Position numbers and translations under genes: made by a program. The notes under the pieces were generated by a model. That model saw only the letters and a list, made by a program, of their open reading frames with translations, ran no database searches and was not told the DNA's origin. A stretch of 64,000 nucleotides of DNA from the NCBI GenBank assembly GCA_963842085.1, contig CAWJET010000002.1, positions 1,536,001 through 1,600,000 of the forward strand. The letters run 5' to 3'. Source of the stretch: an uncultured delta proteobacterium (GTDB lineage: Bacteria; Desulfobacterota; Binatia; Binatales; Binataceae). Shown here one piece after another: positions 1 through 10,108 of the stretch; position 1 is the stretch's first letter, and the number at the start of each line of letters is the position of its first letter.

Positions 1-67
1 GACGAGGAATCGCGAGCCTCCGCACGCGCCTACATGGAAGCGACATTCGCGAAGAAGTGACTCGCAA

Positions 68-242
68 CCGCTGATAAAAGCCGTCGTGTTCGATCTTCCG
101 AGCGTCGCCGTGGTCGCAAACGAGTATATCGCGCAGTGCGGATTCTCCGGCCGGATCAATGCGGTCGGCGGCGATTTTCACAAAGGATCCGTTTCCGGCC
201 AGTGCCGACGTCGTGATCATGGCGAGCAATCTGCCCCAGTAG
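68..242 (+). pseudogene. O-methyltransferase internal fragment
   Basis: VVFDLPSV...RINAVGGDF, then a frameshift to KDPFP..ADVVIMASNLPQ* (methyltransferase_2-like motifs); no N-terminus. Confidence 0.55.
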
Positions 243-272
243 AGCCCGGACATCATCCGCCCGGTGGAAGGA

Positions 273-1046
273 TCACTTCCGAGGCTTGCGGAAGTCCGGC
301 TTGCGCCGCTCCAAGAAAGCGTTGCGGCCTTCCATCGCTTCATCGGTGCCGTAGTAGAGTGCCAGCGCGGTGCCCCCCAGGGCACCGATTCCCTTGATAT
401 GGTCGGTCTCCGCCGCAAACGAGGCTTTTGCGATCTTGATCGCGGTGGGGCTCATCGCGAGAATCTCGCGCGCCCACGCCCGGGCTTCGTCCATCAGCTG
501 CGCGGCCGGAACGACCTTGTTGACTAGTCTCATCTCAAGCGCCTCCTGCGCGGAGTACTGACGGCACAGGTACCAAATCTCACGCGCCTTTTTTTCACCC
601 ACCACGCGCGTCAGATAGGCGGTTCCGAAGCCCGGGTCGACGCTGCCCACTCGCGGGCCGACCTGTCCGAACTTGGCCGTCTCGGCGGCGATCGTCAGAT
701 CGCAGATCACGTGAAGCACGTGTCCGCCGCCGATCGCATATCCGTTGACCGCCGCTATCACGGGTTTGGGAATGTCCCGGATGATCGAGTGCAATTCATC
801 GACGTTCATCCCGCCCTGGTAGCCTCCCTTGCTCCGCGCCGACTGGTCGCCACCGGAACAAAAGGCGCGCTCTCCGGCTCCGGTAAGGATGACGGCACCG
901 ACGGAGCGGTCGTGGGCCGCATCCCTGAAGGCTTCAACCATTTCCCTCACGGTCTCGCCTCGAAATGCGTTCATCACCTCGGGTCGGTTGATCGTGATCG
1001 TGGCTATGCCATCCCGCTTCTCATAGATGATATCGGTGAAATCCAT
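273..1046 (-). CDS. crotonase-family enzyme, MenB (DHNA-CoA synthase)/BadI-like
   Basis: [39 protein letters not shown]; start [10 protein letters not shown] at 1046 after GGGAGAG. Confidence 0.8.
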   Translation of the reverse strand: MDFTDIIYEKRDGIATITINRPEVMNAFRGETVREMVEAFRDAAHDRSVGAVILTGAGERAFCSGGDQSARSKGGYQGGMNVDELHSIIRDIPKPVIAAVNGYAIGGGHVLHVICDLTIAAETAKFGQVGPRVGSVDPGFGTAYLTRVVGEKKAREIWYLCRQYSAQEALEMRLVNKVVPAAQLMDEARAWAREILAMSPTAIKIAKASFAAETDHIKGIGALGGTALALYYGTDEAMEGRNAFLERRKPDFRKPRK

Positions 1047-1216
1047 CGTTCTCTCCCTGCGTGATCTCGTGAGATCGTCGTCAGTCCCGAGACCGGTTAT
1101 GATAGCATCGTTGCAACCGAACCCAACGCCGCATTGCGCAAGAAGAGGAACGCCATGATCAACATCTGTCGCGCAGCGATGATATCGCGCCGAAGGGCCG
1201 AATGCGTGGCGGCGCT

Positions 1217-2044
1217 CTATGGCCGCGCGCCGGTTCCCCAGCCGATCGCGTTGCGCAACAGCATCTCGAACTCCGCGGTCTCCCATGAACCGCGGAACAC
1301 CTGGGGAGTTTTGCCGGAAGGCTCTACGCTCGAATCCACAAACGGCTGGACGTTACTTATCGGCGAATGGCAGTGGCCCAGCGCGACATAGGTAACCGCG
1401 CCGGCGCCGACCTCGCGGGTGTAGCCGAGCACGCGCGTCTTGCCATCGGGCATGACCGAGCTGTCTCTGTCGTAAACGAAACCGAATCCTCTGGGCGAGG
1501 GGTCGGTAGCGAGTTCGGTCGTGAGCAGCGTCTGGCACGCCGCCGGGTCCTCAAGCTCGATTAGATAGAGCTCGTCCATCACGTCGAAGGACGCCGGCAG
1601 TCCTCTGGTGATGAAGTGCGCGCGATCCGCGACCTCGACCCGGAACTTGCGCAGCGGCGGATGATTCAGAAAAAAACAGCCGAGCGTTTCGTGATAGCGG
1701 CCCTTGACCATTTTCCGGATGTAGCGCTGGTCGCCGACCGGCACCGCTTTTCCGCCGCTGGTCCCGTGCAGCGCAAGCCATCGCCCGCCCGACTTGAGGA
1801 AGTGGCGAATAACCTCATCCTGCTCGTCATTCGGAAACGGGCCGGCGACATAGGTGATTAAAAAATGGCTGCCGGGCAGCCACTTTGCGACGTCGGCAAA
1901 ATCGTTGCCGCTAGTCGTGAGCACCTGCGAATTCTCTTGCAGCAAGCCGAGCAGGCGCAGCCGCGCGTAATCCATGTCATGGCCGGCGAACGAACCGGGA
2001 GGAAATCCCCCGGTGATAAGATGGACTCGAATCGGTTTTGGCAT
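1217..2044 (-). CDS. ThuA-like domain protein
   Basis: [23 protein letters not shown] motifs; 275 aa ORF. Confidence 0.75.
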   Translation of the reverse strand: MPKPIRVHLITGGFPPGSFAGHDMDYARLRLLGLLQENSQVLTTSGNDFADVAKWLPGSHFLITYVAGPFPNDEQDEVIRHFLKSGGRWLALHGTSGGKAVPVGDQRYIRKMVKGRYHETLGCFFLNHPPLRKFRVEVADRAHFITRGLPASFDVMDELYLIELEDPAACQTLLTTELATDPSPRGFGFVYDRDSSVMPDGKTRVLGYTREVGAGAVTYVALGHCHSPISNVQPFVDSSVEPSGKTPQVFRGSWETAEFEMLLRNAIGWGTGARP

Positions 2045-2121
2045 CTTGCGCTCCGTGGTCTAGCGAAGAGACTCAGGTGTTTCTCGCAATTGAGTCTTCA
2101 GTAGGAACACCGTCAAGAAAC

Positions 2122-2564
2122 CTAAGTTCCAAACCAGCGACGATTCCGCCAGAAGTAGGGAATCAGAATCGCCGGCGAAGCAAACGAGCTCAGGTTGATA
2201 AGCATCTCCAAAATCATACCGGCGTCGAGGGACGCGTACTTGCCGTGTTCCAGATTGTGAGCGTGTCCATGCAACCAAGGTAGACCGAGGCGCCGCTCGC
2301 AACTAACGCCCACAAGACGGCCTGCGGGCGTCGGCGCGTGCAATTGATCGCACACCAGGCCGATGCGAACGCCAGCCATGCATCGGCTGCCGGGAACGCG
2401 CGCTCAAAATCGAGGTAGGCGGCGTCGCTGCTCGTCTGCACGACGCCCGTCGTGAAGAAGAGGACCCAGTAAGCAGCGCTCCACGCGACGGTGAGCCAGA
2501 GCCACGCGATCACCGCGGTCAGCCCGGCGGGCGCCTTTTCCCCTGTGGTTGCTAAAAATTCCAA
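2122..2564 (-). pseudogene. small membrane protein, frameshifted near 2260
   Basis: hydrophobic ORF 2214-2564 (FERAFPAADAW...YLGCMDTL) continues in another frame as NLEHGKYASLDAGMILEMLINL... Confidence 0.5.
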
Positions 2565-2656
2565 TGCGTCGAAAAGTCTGGAGTTTCTGGATTCACCGAC
2601 GCAATATCGCCGGCATGCCTATGCGCGTGCGTTCGATTCTTCTTGCGCCATCCGAT

Positions 2657-3886
2657 TCATCCGCTCGTGCCCCGGCGTTCCGGCGCGGCGTCCGCCAGCG
2701 ATGAGAGCCTGCGGGCGTAGCGGCCGATACCCACGTTCGCACTCAGCCCGTGAGCAAAAATACTGAGCAGTACGGTTACCATCAGTGCGAGCCGTATGGT
2801 TGGCTCGCCCGGTAAACTCAGTTCCTGCTTTAGGTAGACAAGCCCGAGAACAATCGAGGCCAGCCCGCGCGGCCCAAACCAACCGATAAAGAACACGCTG
2901 GCCGGAGTGAGACCTGTACCGAACAACGCAATCGCCACCGGCAGCATGCGCACCACCGTCAGGCTCAATAGGGCATACAACCAGAACGTCAGGTCGAACT
3001 GTGGCGAATTTCGCACGACAAATAAGCCAAAGAGGAAGAATACGGCTAGATTTACTAACTCCCCCCATTGTTTGCCGAACTCGACGCTCTGCGGAGCGAC
3101 ATCCTTGAGTCCGACTTGTACTGCAAGCCCGGCAACAAAAGACGCGATAAACATACTCGCGTCAAGCATTTCGCAAACCGCCAGGCACAGCAGCGGCAGC
3201 GCCACTACACCGATTTGCTGGAATGATTCCGCGACCCATTCCTTGCTACGGGCGAGACTCATCAACCAGCCACCGCCTAGGCCGATGACTAGGCCAACCA
3301 GCGCACCGACGCCGAGTTGTTCGACGATGAATTGTGTCAGGGCCATCGGGCCGCCTTCGATTTTCGCCGCCGCAATGGCCATGAAGAACAGGAGAAACGG
3401 GACGGAAAGTCCGTCGTTCAGACCAGCTTCCACATTGAGCGCCTCGCGTATTCGGACAGGCACGCGCGGGCTGTTCACAATGACCTGTCCCAGGCCAGCA
3501 TCGGTCGGTGCGAGCACAGAGGCCAGGATGCCAGCTTCCCAGATGGAGAGCTTGGGAAAAACCAGCAGCGCCGCAAGCGTGCCAAACGCAATGGTCAACA
3601 ACATGCCAATACTCAACAAGCGAAAGGGCAGGTTTCCGACGCTCCGTAAGATTGCCAGTTTAGTTTGACTGGCATCCGTGAAAAGCAGCAAAACCAGACC
3701 GACTTCGGCCAGACCCAGAAAGACACTCGCATTGAATCCGGCTTTCAGGATCGACGGTAGGGCAGACGACATCAGCATCCCCGCGACCGTGAAGACAACC
3801 GGTGCGGTGAGAATCGTCCGCTCGAGACGCCTCGATACCAGACTGAAGAAGAAAAAGAGCGAGACGAAAATGGCGAGAAGGACCAT
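2657..3886 (-). CDS. cation:proton antiporter (CPA1/NhaP-like)
   Basis: LAPTDAGLG, EAGLNDG, GWFGPRGLAS motifs; polytopic. Confidence 0.9.
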   Translation of the reverse strand: MVLLAIFVSLFFFFSLVSRRLERTILTAPVVFTVAGMLMSSALPSILKAGFNASVFLGLAEVGLVLLLFTDASQTKLAILRSVGNLPFRLLSIGMLLTIAFGTLAALLVFPKLSIWEAGILASVLAPTDAGLGQVIVNSPRVPVRIREALNVEAGLNDGLSVPFLLFFMAIAAAKIEGGPMALTQFIVEQLGVGALVGLVIGLGGGWLMSLARSKEWVAESFQQIGVVALPLLCLAVCEMLDASMFIASFVAGLAVQVGLKDVAPQSVEFGKQWGELVNLAVFFLFGLFVVRNSPQFDLTFWLYALLSLTVVRMLPVAIALFGTGLTPASVFFIGWFGPRGLASIVLGLVYLKQELSLPGEPTIRLALMVTVLLSIFAHGLSANVGIGRYARRLSSLADAAPERRGTSG

Positions 3887-4027
3887 CAGAGTCTGTGACG
3901 GCTCACAGTGTCATCAAAACCAAGGAGCTTGCAAACGCGCAGTTGAGCCCGGTTTTGCAACTGACGGCCGCCTGGTTTGGCGCGAATTTGACGTTTCCGC
4001 TCCGCGGTGAAGTCGAACGGAAATCGC

Positions 4028-4879
4028 TCAGCGTAAGAGCACCAGGCTGAGCAGTCCGACGAGAAAGCAATAGACGGCGAACGGCGCAAGGGTCCTGGTC
4101 TTGAAGTATCTGGTCAGAAATTTGACCGAAACATAGGCGGTGACTCCCGCGCAAGCCGCGCCAGTCAGCGCGGTACCGATCGCCGCGCTGCCGGAAGCGA
4201 ACAGCACCGGCAACTTCAGCGCAGCGGCCGCGCCGATTATCGGGGTCGCCAGCAGGAAGGAGAATCGCAGCGCATCCTCATGAGCGAGACCTACCATCAG
4301 GCCACCCGCGATCGTTGATCCCGTACGTGAAAATCCGGGGAGCAATGCAAATATCTGCATCAAGCCTATTTTGACCGATTGCCACCACGAAAGCTCGGCG
4401 GCGATACGCTGGTCGGCGTCGGCGAGGTTGCCGCCGCTTTTCGCTTGCCTCCTGAGGAACTCCGACAGGTAGAGCATCCCGCCGTTGAGTGCGAGAAAGC
4501 ACGCGACATCGAACGGCGAAGTTAAGAGCTTTTCCACCTGCTTTTGAAACAACAGACCGATCAGTCCGGCAGGGACCGTGCCGACGATCAGCAGCCATCC
4601 CAGTTGCGCGTCTGTGTCCGCCTTGACGCTTCGCGTCCAGATCGATCGCAGGATGCCGGAGATGATGCGGACCCAATCTCTCCAGTAGAAGCAGAACAGT
4701 ACTATGGCGGTCGCGAAGTGAGTGGCAACAAGAAAGGTCAAGAAGTAGTCGGCGTCGCGGTCGATGGTCCAACCCAAAAGCGCGGGTAAGATGATGCTGT
4801 GGCCGAGGCTGGAAATGGGAAATAGTTCCGAAATCCCCTGCAGGAGGCCCAAAATTACCGCTTGAAGATACGAGATCAT
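4028..4879 (-). CDS. uppP: undecaprenyl-diphosphate phosphatase
   Basis: LQGISELFPISSLGH and LPGFSRTG BacA motifs. Confidence 0.92.
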   Translation of the reverse strand: MISYLQAVILGLLQGISELFPISSLGHSIILPALLGWTIDRDADYFLTFLVATHFATAIVLFCFYWRDWVRIISGILRSIWTRSVKADTDAQLGWLLIVGTVPAGLIGLLFQKQVEKLLTSPFDVACFLALNGGMLYLSEFLRRQAKSGGNLADADQRIAAELSWWQSVKIGLMQIFALLPGFSRTGSTIAGGLMVGLAHEDALRFSFLLATPIIGAAAALKLPVLFASGSAAIGTALTGAACAGVTAYVSVKFLTRYFKTRTLAPFAVYCFLVGLLSLVLLR

Positions 4880-4930
4880 GCGCCCGTGGCTGTCCAGAGC
4901 GCTTTAGCCCGGGATTTCCTCGGATTCCAA

Positions 4931-5149
4931 CTCCCGTATAAGCCGGACGCCCTCCCTGTACAAGTTCCAGGCCGGTCCGGTTTTGTTCCACGGCCTTTCC
5001 AGCGCTGACGGGAGGGGGGAGTTCCGCGTCTGGCGGGCACACGACGATTAAGAGGCGGACCTTCACCGCCCCAGGCCATTGATCCCGGCTGAGAGACTGG
5101 AGCGGGTAGCATCCTGACCTTTCTGAGGTTTCTGACCTTCCATGGGGAG
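4931..5149 (-). mobile_element. putative non-autonomous IS110-family remnant (left-end/bridge-RNA-like non-coding region, no transposase)
   Basis: minus strand ATGGCCTGGGGCGGTGAAGGTCCGCCTCTTAATCGTCGTGTGCCCGCC...GGAACTCCCCCC...GGCCGTGGAACAAAA...GGGAGG resembles, from recall, IS110 left ends; imperfect terminal IR CTCCCCATGGAAG/CTCCCGTATAAG. Confidence 0.45.
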
Positions 5150-5254
5150 CAGCCATGCGCTCGCTGCTGCCCTTTCGCTTCAAATGACATCGAGCTACAT
5201 ACTGAGCATCGTACGAACCTGTCGGGCAGAGCGTACCGCACGGGCACCGAAGCC

Positions 5255-5872
5255 ATGTTTCCTGCGAGCGTCCGCGCTACGCCAGAGGAGCGCAAACGAT
5301 CCCTCCCTGCCGATCTTTTGATCCCTGATCCAGCCGCCATCGTCATGCACGCTGTCACGATCGCCGCGTCGCCGGAGCGCGTTTGGCCATGGCTGGTGCA
5401 GATGGGCTCAGGACGCGCTGGTTGGTATAGCTACGACTGGGTAGACAATGGCGGCCATCCAAGCGCAACCGAGATCATTCTTGCCCTTCAGCACATCGCG
5501 CCGGGCGACGTACTGCCGTCACTGCCGGGAGTAAGAGACTCGTTCATCGTCGGTGCCGCGCAGCCGGAGCGTGATCTCATTCTGACCGTACCCGCTGCCA
5601 GCGGAGGCCTTCTGGTGAGTTGGGAGTTTTTCCTCGAACCGCTCGCTCAACGCCGGACACGCCTGCTCGTGCGCGGACGCGTCAGCTCGCAATGGCCAGT
5701 GGGTGGAGCTGGAAACCCGTCTGCCTCGCCGCGCCCTATCGAACGCGTCTATGCGTTGCTCGCAAGGTTTCCGCGCTGGTTGATGGGACCCGTCGCGCTC
5801 TTCGGCCACGGTATTATGCAGGCGCGGCAGCTCCGGGGAATCAAGCGTCGTGCGGAAGGGACCAGACTCTAG
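5255..5872 (+). CDS. SRPBCC-like hypothetical protein
   Basis: AVTIAASPERVWPWLVQMGSGRAGWYSYDW...LRGIKRRAE pattern. Confidence 0.75.
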   Translation: MFPASVRATPEERKRSLPADLLIPDPAAIVMHAVTIAASPERVWPWLVQMGSGRAGWYSYDWVDNGGHPSATEIILALQHIAPGDVLPSLPGVRDSFIVGAAQPERDLILTVPAASGGLLVSWEFFLEPLAQRRTRLLVRGRVSSQWPVGGAGNPSASPRPIERVYALLARFPRWLMGPVALFGHGIMQARQLRGIKRRAEGTRL

Positions 5873-6070
5873 AGGCAGCGCGATTCGGAAGTCTTTATGC
5901 CGTATGCGTGACCAATTGGCAGGGCTTCCGAGATGATTGAGGGCGGGCCAAACAGCGTAATCACGTCGGCAGGCATTGACTCCACGTGGTCCATGGGACT
6001 CGCCAGCCCCTCCTCACGCTGCCGCCAACCTTCGGATTCCAGTTCAAGGTAGATCGCAACGACCCGGAGA

Positions 6071-7078
6071 TTACCGGCCGTAGGATTCCGGCAGCCCTTG
6101 GCGGATACGGGCGGAAAAATCGGGTGAATCGTCCGCGGCTTTTGCTCTTTCCGTGATGTCGCTGCGTGCTCGAAGATCTGCGAAGGGCAGGTCTGTGTTA
6201 ATCTGACCCCGTTCGTAAAGGAGTTGATCGACGTGGCCGTTGGCGAGCAGCCTCCAGTCCAGGCGTCCACCAGCGCCTGCGTTTTGTGCGTGTCCGCGGA
6301 TCGTAGTCGTGCAATTCTGCGTCAAGGCATTGTACCATCGCGGATGGTCGGCGAGCCGGTTAACTTCGTTCAGATAGTCAACCAGCAGAGCCCGTGCCTG
6401 TGAGGCGGGAAAGCGGATGCGATACAGATATACCTGTTCGCCGCGGTAGTTTGTTCGCAATCCGACGAGATCACGCTCGTCTGCGACGACGTAGTAAAGT
6501 TCGTACTGGCGGAAAAAGCCGCGAAGAGCCGAGTACGATTCGCCCTTCTGCTTGCGTGTCTCGATCGAGATCGCGAGGTGTTGACCATCGTCGAACTCCC
6601 AACTGGCGATCGTGTGCGCGATATGGGTCGGCCCCCAAAACGACAGGAACAGGTCGACGCCGTGTACCCGGTCGAGATCGTAAGTCCGGCTCTCCCAATT
6701 TTGATCGTAGTCGGATTCGGATCGGTACTTAAAGTTCCTCACGTTCTGGATGGTCACCGCCGACCCGTGAAAAGCTGCGCGCGCCGTGCGAGCGACATCG
6801 GGGGACCAATTGCGAGCGTTGCTCGGCGGAATCGACGTCCACCAGAGAACGACGGCAACCATCGGCAACAGCGCAATTAGGAGTCCTCTCAAAAACGGCC
6901 GAACGAGTGACGCCAAAAGGATGCTGATCAACGCAAGTCCTCCGGTCATCGTCCCCGCAAGCACGCGCGACTCGGGTCCATCGAACCACAGCGCCATCGC
7001 GCCCCAAGCGACAGCGGCGACGACGACCGCCGACAACGCAAGCGTTGCGACTAAGCGGACCGTGCGTCGGACCATCAA
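6071..7078 (-). CDS. DUF4105 (Lnb N-terminal-like) membrane protein
   Basis: IAHTIASW, SIETRK, YNALTQNCTT motifs; overlaps upstream hydrolase stop. Confidence 0.85.
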   Translation of the reverse strand: MMVRRTVRLVATLALSAVVVAAVAWGAMALWFDGPESRVLAGTMTGGLALISILLASLVRPFLRGLLIALLPMVAVVLWWTSIPPSNARNWSPDVARTARAAFHGSAVTIQNVRNFKYRSESDYDQNWESRTYDLDRVHGVDLFLSFWGPTHIAHTIASWEFDDGQHLAISIETRKQKGESYSALRGFFRQYELYYVVADERDLVGLRTNYRGEQVYLYRIRFPASQARALLVDYLNEVNRLADHPRWYNALTQNCTTTIRGHAQNAGAGGRLDWRLLANGHVDQLLYERGQINTDLPFADLRARSDITERAKAADDSPDFSARIRQGLPESYGR

Positions 7079-8964
7079 TGAATTCCTGCGTGCTCGTACA
7101 GGATGCGGCGGACTTCCTCGATCGTCTGGGGTGTCGCCTGCGTCGAGTGCCCCGAACGCACGACCAGCTCCGATTCGACACCATCAATGTGCGCGCTCTT
7201 GTACTCGACGACGCCGTCGTTGCCCTCCTCGACCGGCCCATCGCCCTTCACCGGAATGATCGAGTGCGCGTGCACACCGGGTGCGATCGGCAACGACGAG
7301 AGCGCCTTGATGAACCGGTTGGAGGCATCCATGTTGTCTAGCGCGGTCGGGATCGTGAACGGAGTTCCCATCATGCTGGGCTCGCGAAGGTTCCCAATCG
7401 CAATCGCAGACTTGGCAAGACCGCCCGGCAGGTTGATGAATTTGTTTCCGAACTTAACTATCGGATTGCTGGCCATGTAACTGCCACGATGCGGCGTGGC
7501 GATGAAGATCACCCGCGTGACGTACGGCTGCGGTTTGAAGAACATCGCGCGCGAGGCCAGCTCGCGCGTCTCGGGATCGAGTTGCGCCTGGTCAAACGGG
7601 GTGGACGTGACGTTGTTCCAGAAGCGGTTGCCGCTATCGACGACCATCATTTTCGTCAAGAGCCCGCCCTGGCTGTGGCCGATCACCACCATCTGATTGA
7701 GCGCGGGGTCCCTGCCCTCAGGATCGACGGCCTTGCGCACAGCCTGGAGAGATTCCCGCAAACGCATCGCCGACAACACGATCGGATTGCCGCTGTTGTA
7801 CATGAAGAACCAAAGCTGATAGCGCGAGGCGATCTTCGGATCGCCGAGCAGCTCGTTCGCCATCTCGGCCCATCGCGCGGGGCTTGACGCCGTACCATGA
7901 ACGAACACCACCGGAATCATGTTCGCGTGGTATGGATGCAACATGTAGAGCCCGTTGCTGTCGCCGTTGCCCGCGCCTAGAAACGAAAAGTCTCCCTTGC
8001 GAAAACCTGCGATCTCGAAATCCCAAATCGGCGCACCTTCCAGCCGATAGGCAAGCGCAGCGCTGGGGTCCGACTCGAGGGGCACGGACTGCATGCCTAC
8101 CTGTACACTACTCGTGCGGTCCTCATCGTAGAGTTCCACGGTGCCGTGCAGACGCCCGGTGCTCATCGCGAGGCGTGGATCGTCGAAGCGCACAAACGCG
8201 GTGATCGGCACTTTCGCTGTGGGCGGTATCCAGGGGCTCGCGGGGCTGCCCGGCGACGGCTCGACCTTCGCCGACAGCGCGGCACCGATACCAGGTCTGC
8301 GGTAGGTGTTCCGCAGCCCGCGAACCTCCAGGTCCGAGAGCGATACGAATTTCGTCAGGTGATTTCCGCCGTAGTTGAGTCCCTCGGGCTCGACGCTCAA
8401 ATTGAGCGACCCAAAGGGCAAGCTCAGTTGACGCTCGCTAAGGTCGACTTCCTTTCCGTCTTTGGTCGCAAGTCCCAGCGCGATGCCACGATTGTAGAGG
8501 TCAACCGCGAGCCGCAAGCGCGGATCGTAGGGGCCGGGCGCATCGGCCGGGGTCAGCGGAAACAGAAAAGCGTACGCGTAGGCGGCGGACGCAAGATAGT
8601 AGGATTGATTCCCGGAGTCTTCGGCATATGCAAACGAGAGCTCGGACAGCGCGAACAGGCGGTCGCGTTCGTCAGGTTTACCAAGTCCTGAATTCAACTC
8701 GGCAAGGACTGTTTGCGGATCGCCTTCGAAGCGGTCGCTAAGTGCGGTCCGCTCCAGCAGCTGCGTCGAGTAGTCGCTTGGCTTGCCGGTAGAGAGAATG
8801 TTCGTGTTGAGCTCGCGATGGGCTGCTTGCTCGTCGAGTCGCGTGACTCCCACAGGAGTCGCACAGCCGCTCGCAAAGAGGGCGATGATCGCAAGAGCGG
8901 CTGTCCAGCCTGTAGGGACCAATCGACGTTGAAAAGACAAACTATTTTCCCACTTCCTGCCCAA
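7075..8964 (-). CDS. alpha/beta-hydrolase lipoprotein
   Basis: lipobox ASGC, PVVFVHG, GHSQGG nucleophile elbow, NDGVV, C-terminal His; start may be downstream of 8964. Confidence 0.85.
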   Translation of the reverse strand: MGRKWENSLSFQRRLVPTGWTAALAIIALFASGCATPVGVTRLDEQAAHRELNTNILSTGKPSDYSTQLLERTALSDRFEGDPQTVLAELNSGLGKPDERDRLFALSELSFAYAEDSGNQSYYLASAAYAYAFLFPLTPADAPGPYDPRLRLAVDLYNRGIALGLATKDGKEVDLSERQLSLPFGSLNLSVEPEGLNYGGNHLTKFVSLSDLEVRGLRNTYRRPGIGAALSAKVEPSPGSPASPWIPPTAKVPITAFVRFDDPRLAMSTGRLHGTVELYDEDRTSSVQVGMQSVPLESDPSAALAYRLEGAPIWDFEIAGFRKGDFSFLGAGNGDSNGLYMLHPYHANMIPVVFVHGTASSPARWAEMANELLGDPKIASRYQLWFFMYNSGNPIVLSAMRLRESLQAVRKAVDPEGRDPALNQMVVIGHSQGGLLTKMMVVDSGNRFWNNVTSTPFDQAQLDPETRELASRAMFFKPQPYVTRVIFIATPHRGSYMASNPIVKFGNKFINLPGGLAKSAIAIGNLREPSMMGTPFTIPTALDNMDASNRFIKALSSLPIAPGVHAHSIIPVKGDGPVEEGNDGVVEYKSAHIDGVESELVVRSGHSTQATPQTIEEVRRILYEHAGIH

Positions 8965-9033
8965 GTCTCGTTGCGATTGTATTCGGCTATTTGGCTGGCA
9001 AGCTTGGCAGTATCGGGCCCATGTGAATAGCTG

Positions 9034-9130
9034 TCAATCCTTCGCAGCCTTATCCATCATGAGTTCCTGCTTGGCCTGGTCGACTTTGTCCTTGATCTCA
9101 GGTCCTATGGGTTTCAGATCGATAGTCACG
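9034..9130 (-). pseudogene. arylsulfatase C-terminal remnant
   Basis: VTIDLKP...DKAAKD* resembles the end (KVTFNLGP...ARAKD*) of the sulfatase at 26110. Confidence 0.45.
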
Positions 9131-9200
9131 CGATGGCGGTCGAACCGTGCGATCCGGTAAACCCCGGTGGTCCGTCCTTGTCTGACGTCGACGCTGCTTG

Positions 9201-9480
9201 CTATTCGCGGAGCTCGGCGAGCAGCGCCTTGGCGTCCTTCAGGTCGGCGGTGTCGAAGCCCCTCGATGAACCAGTCGTAGATCTCGGCGAGCATCGCACG
9301 CGTTTCGTCGCGATGCCCTTGCTTGACCAGCAGGGGCGCGCTGGTCGTCGCATGAAGGTTCCCAGGACTTCGCGAGCGCTGTTTGCGCGAAATTTCACGC
9401 AGTGCGCGCAGACAGCGCCGGCGATCACGCCGGCGCTGTCCTTGCTCGATTTGCCGCGGAGCCATACGCGGCGTAAGAAC
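9201..9480 (-). pseudogene. 3' remnant of adenylate cyclase/AAA/TPR-type protein (copy 1)
   Basis: [32 protein letters not shown] with frameshifts. Confidence 0.7.
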
Positions 9481-9490
9481 GCGTTCCTGA

Positions 9491-9811
9491 TTAGTTGACC
9501 GGCTGCTCCACGTACATCGCGGAGCTGACCAGATCGGCGGCCGGTTCACGGTCGCCCTCAAGTTCCGCCAAAAACGCACGCCATTCGGGATCGGTCTCGA
9601 GTTTTGCGGCGTACTCTCCGAAGGTCTTGTAATTGGCGGTTTCGATTCCGATCGCGATCGTCCCTGGCTCACCGCCAGTGGCGGTGTTCCATTGTCGGAC
9701 CTTTCCGCCGTCACGGTTTACGATCTTGGAGCCGCGGGCCACGTTTTTCATGAAGCTCTGAAGCTTTCCGGGGCGCGGGCGATAGACGAACACTTGTAGA
9801 ATTGTCGACAT
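9491..9811 (-). CDS. NIPSNAP/dimeric alpha-beta barrel protein
   Basis: 106 aa, YRPRPGK...DPEWRAF; RBS-like GGGAG upstream. Confidence 0.6.
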   Translation of the reverse strand: MSTILQVFVYRPRPGKLQSFMKNVARGSKIVNRDGGKVRQWNTATGGEPGTIAIGIETANYKTFGEYAAKLETDPEWRAFLAELEGDREPAADLVSSAMYVEQPVN

Positions 9812-10108
9812 GGCACAATCTCCCGCCTCAAGCCATTGCAGCTTGAAGCAATGTAAATAGCTGATGTGGTTGGTCTAGCTGAGAGGAGCTGAAGGGCGCA
9901 CTAGGCTCAAGTCGGACTGGATCCGTATATCGATCCCGACGCTATGACCTTCTGCTCAATCGGCGCCAAAGTCAAGTCATAAGAATCCGATGTAGCCGCG
10001 TCAAGCGAGCGCCGAGCGTCGTGCAATGGAGCGCGGCACCGACACCAATCAGGCGAGCAATCTCGCAAGATCGGTGACGAAGTAGCCCGCGTATCTAAGC
10101 TCTCACGC

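Noticed and set aside
4931-5149. SRP RNA, riboswitch or group II intron 5' end
   Set aside because: No SRP domain IV motif, no intron domain V or RT, and no riboswitch consensus recognised
5940-6065. Minus-strand VVAIYLEL...GLASPMDHV resembling an integron/tyrosine integrase C-terminus
   Set aside because: Too short and no catalytic HxxR/H motifs visible; no attC sites found
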